Origin: a virus | Lineage: Duplodnaviria; Caudoviricetes | Strand: one strand, 5' to 3' | IMG/VR virus record: IMGVR_UViG_3300037722_000443 | Span: 1 to 54,680 of that record | Length of the DNA stretch: 54,680 nt | In this document: positions 54,020-54,680 of the stretch, piece after piece | Layout: every line of letters begins with the position of its first letter | Position numbering within the stretch: the first letter of the stretch is position 1 | Translations under genes and position numbers: made by a program | Notes under the pieces: model-generated | The model's input: only the letters and a program-made list of their open reading frames with translations | Told to the model about the DNA's origin: nothing | The model's database searches: none

Positions 54020-54680
54020 CACTTGGCCTTCTTCACTTTGGCCAGCAAGTTCGCGGCCTGCTCATCGGTCAGGCTCCAGTCGCGTTTTTCCAGCCAGGCC
54101 ACGGTCTTGTCCGGCAGCGTCCCGGCCTCGAAGTGGTCCCGAATCGCGGCCATCTGTTCGTCCGTGGCAGAGGTTGTGTCATCTTCCTTCGGCCCGCCGC
54201 TGTCCGGGTCAACCGTCGGAATCATGAATATCTGCGACAACACCGTCTTGTGCGCCATTGTCATGGCCTTGGCCGATGCCTTGTCGCCGGAGTCCATGCC
54301 CTGCCCTTCCGCAACCGACGCGACACAGGAACCGTCCAGCGCACAATGGAAGGTGTAACGTACCCGCAAAGTAACGGCATACATCTTCCCGCCGGCCTTG
54401 GTGTCGCGTACCTCATCCCTGCTTTCCAGCACTTCCGATGTGGTGAACGCCGAGTGTTTGGCAAACAACCGATGAAGGTGGTTGTAAACACGCTCAATGC
54501 CGCGATAGTCGAACTTCTGTTGCGGATTCCAGTCGCCCTTTGGAATCGCGCCTATTTCTTCATTGATTGCCTGTAGCGCCGCATAAATTGCTCCGGGCTT
54601 GGCTGCGTAGGACTCGCCAAGGTGGAAGGCCTCTCCGGTGTGGAAGGCCTCTCCGTCTTCGGCTGTCTGTGCCTCTTTTT
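54019..54680 (-). CDS. erf: ERF-family ssDNA-annealing protein (main part; starts at 51 across the join)
   Basis: KFDYRGIE.VY..L..LFAKH and GQGMDSGDKASAKAMTMAHK...F.IPT.DPD. Confidence 0.88.
   Translation of the reverse strand, partial: KEAQTAEDGEAFHTGEAFHLGESYAAKPGAIYAALQAINEEIGAIPKGDWNPQQKFDYRGIERVYNHLHRLFAKHSAFTTSEVLESRDEVRDTKAGGKMYAVTLRVRYTFHCALDGSCVASVAEGQGMDSGDKASAKAMTMAHKTVLSQIFMIPTVDPDSGGPKEDDTTSATDEQMAAIRDHFEAGTLPDKTVAWLEKRDWSLTDEQAANLLAKVKKAK
54649..54680. repeat. 32-bp terminal direct repeat, right copy
   Basis: Identical to 1-32. Confidence 0.97.

Overview
The window is a complete, circularly assembled ~54.65 kb temperate tailed-phage genome. Positions 1-32 equal 54649-54680, and an ERF recombinase ORF reads in frame across that join. 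It has a lambdoid layout: a leftward early arm (ERF, YqaJ exonuclease, SSB-like gene, many small accessory genes, xis, int, and attP copying a tRNA-Pro 3' end), a cI/cro/cII switch, a replication/nin region with two DNA methyltransferases, a Q-like antiterminator and a lysis cassette with spanins (so a Gram-negative host). The virion module is podovirus-type: TerS/TerL, portal, N4-gp56-like capsid, tail tubular proteins, ejection proteins and a 2574-aa polyvalent protein. The most notable element is a cassette bounded by 15-bp direct repeats at the late promoter. It carries two tandem Y-RNA-like ncRNAs, a Ro60/TROVE gene and an unannotated ribbon-helix-helix gene, and one RNA is a circularly permuted tRNA-Lys mimic that keeps an intact CUU anticodon hairpin. 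Also notable are an initiator tRNA with a remodelled anticodon stem-loop, and an HNH endonuclease encoded antisense inside a methyltransferase whose frame stays open. All family calls come from motifs recognised by eye; no searches were run.
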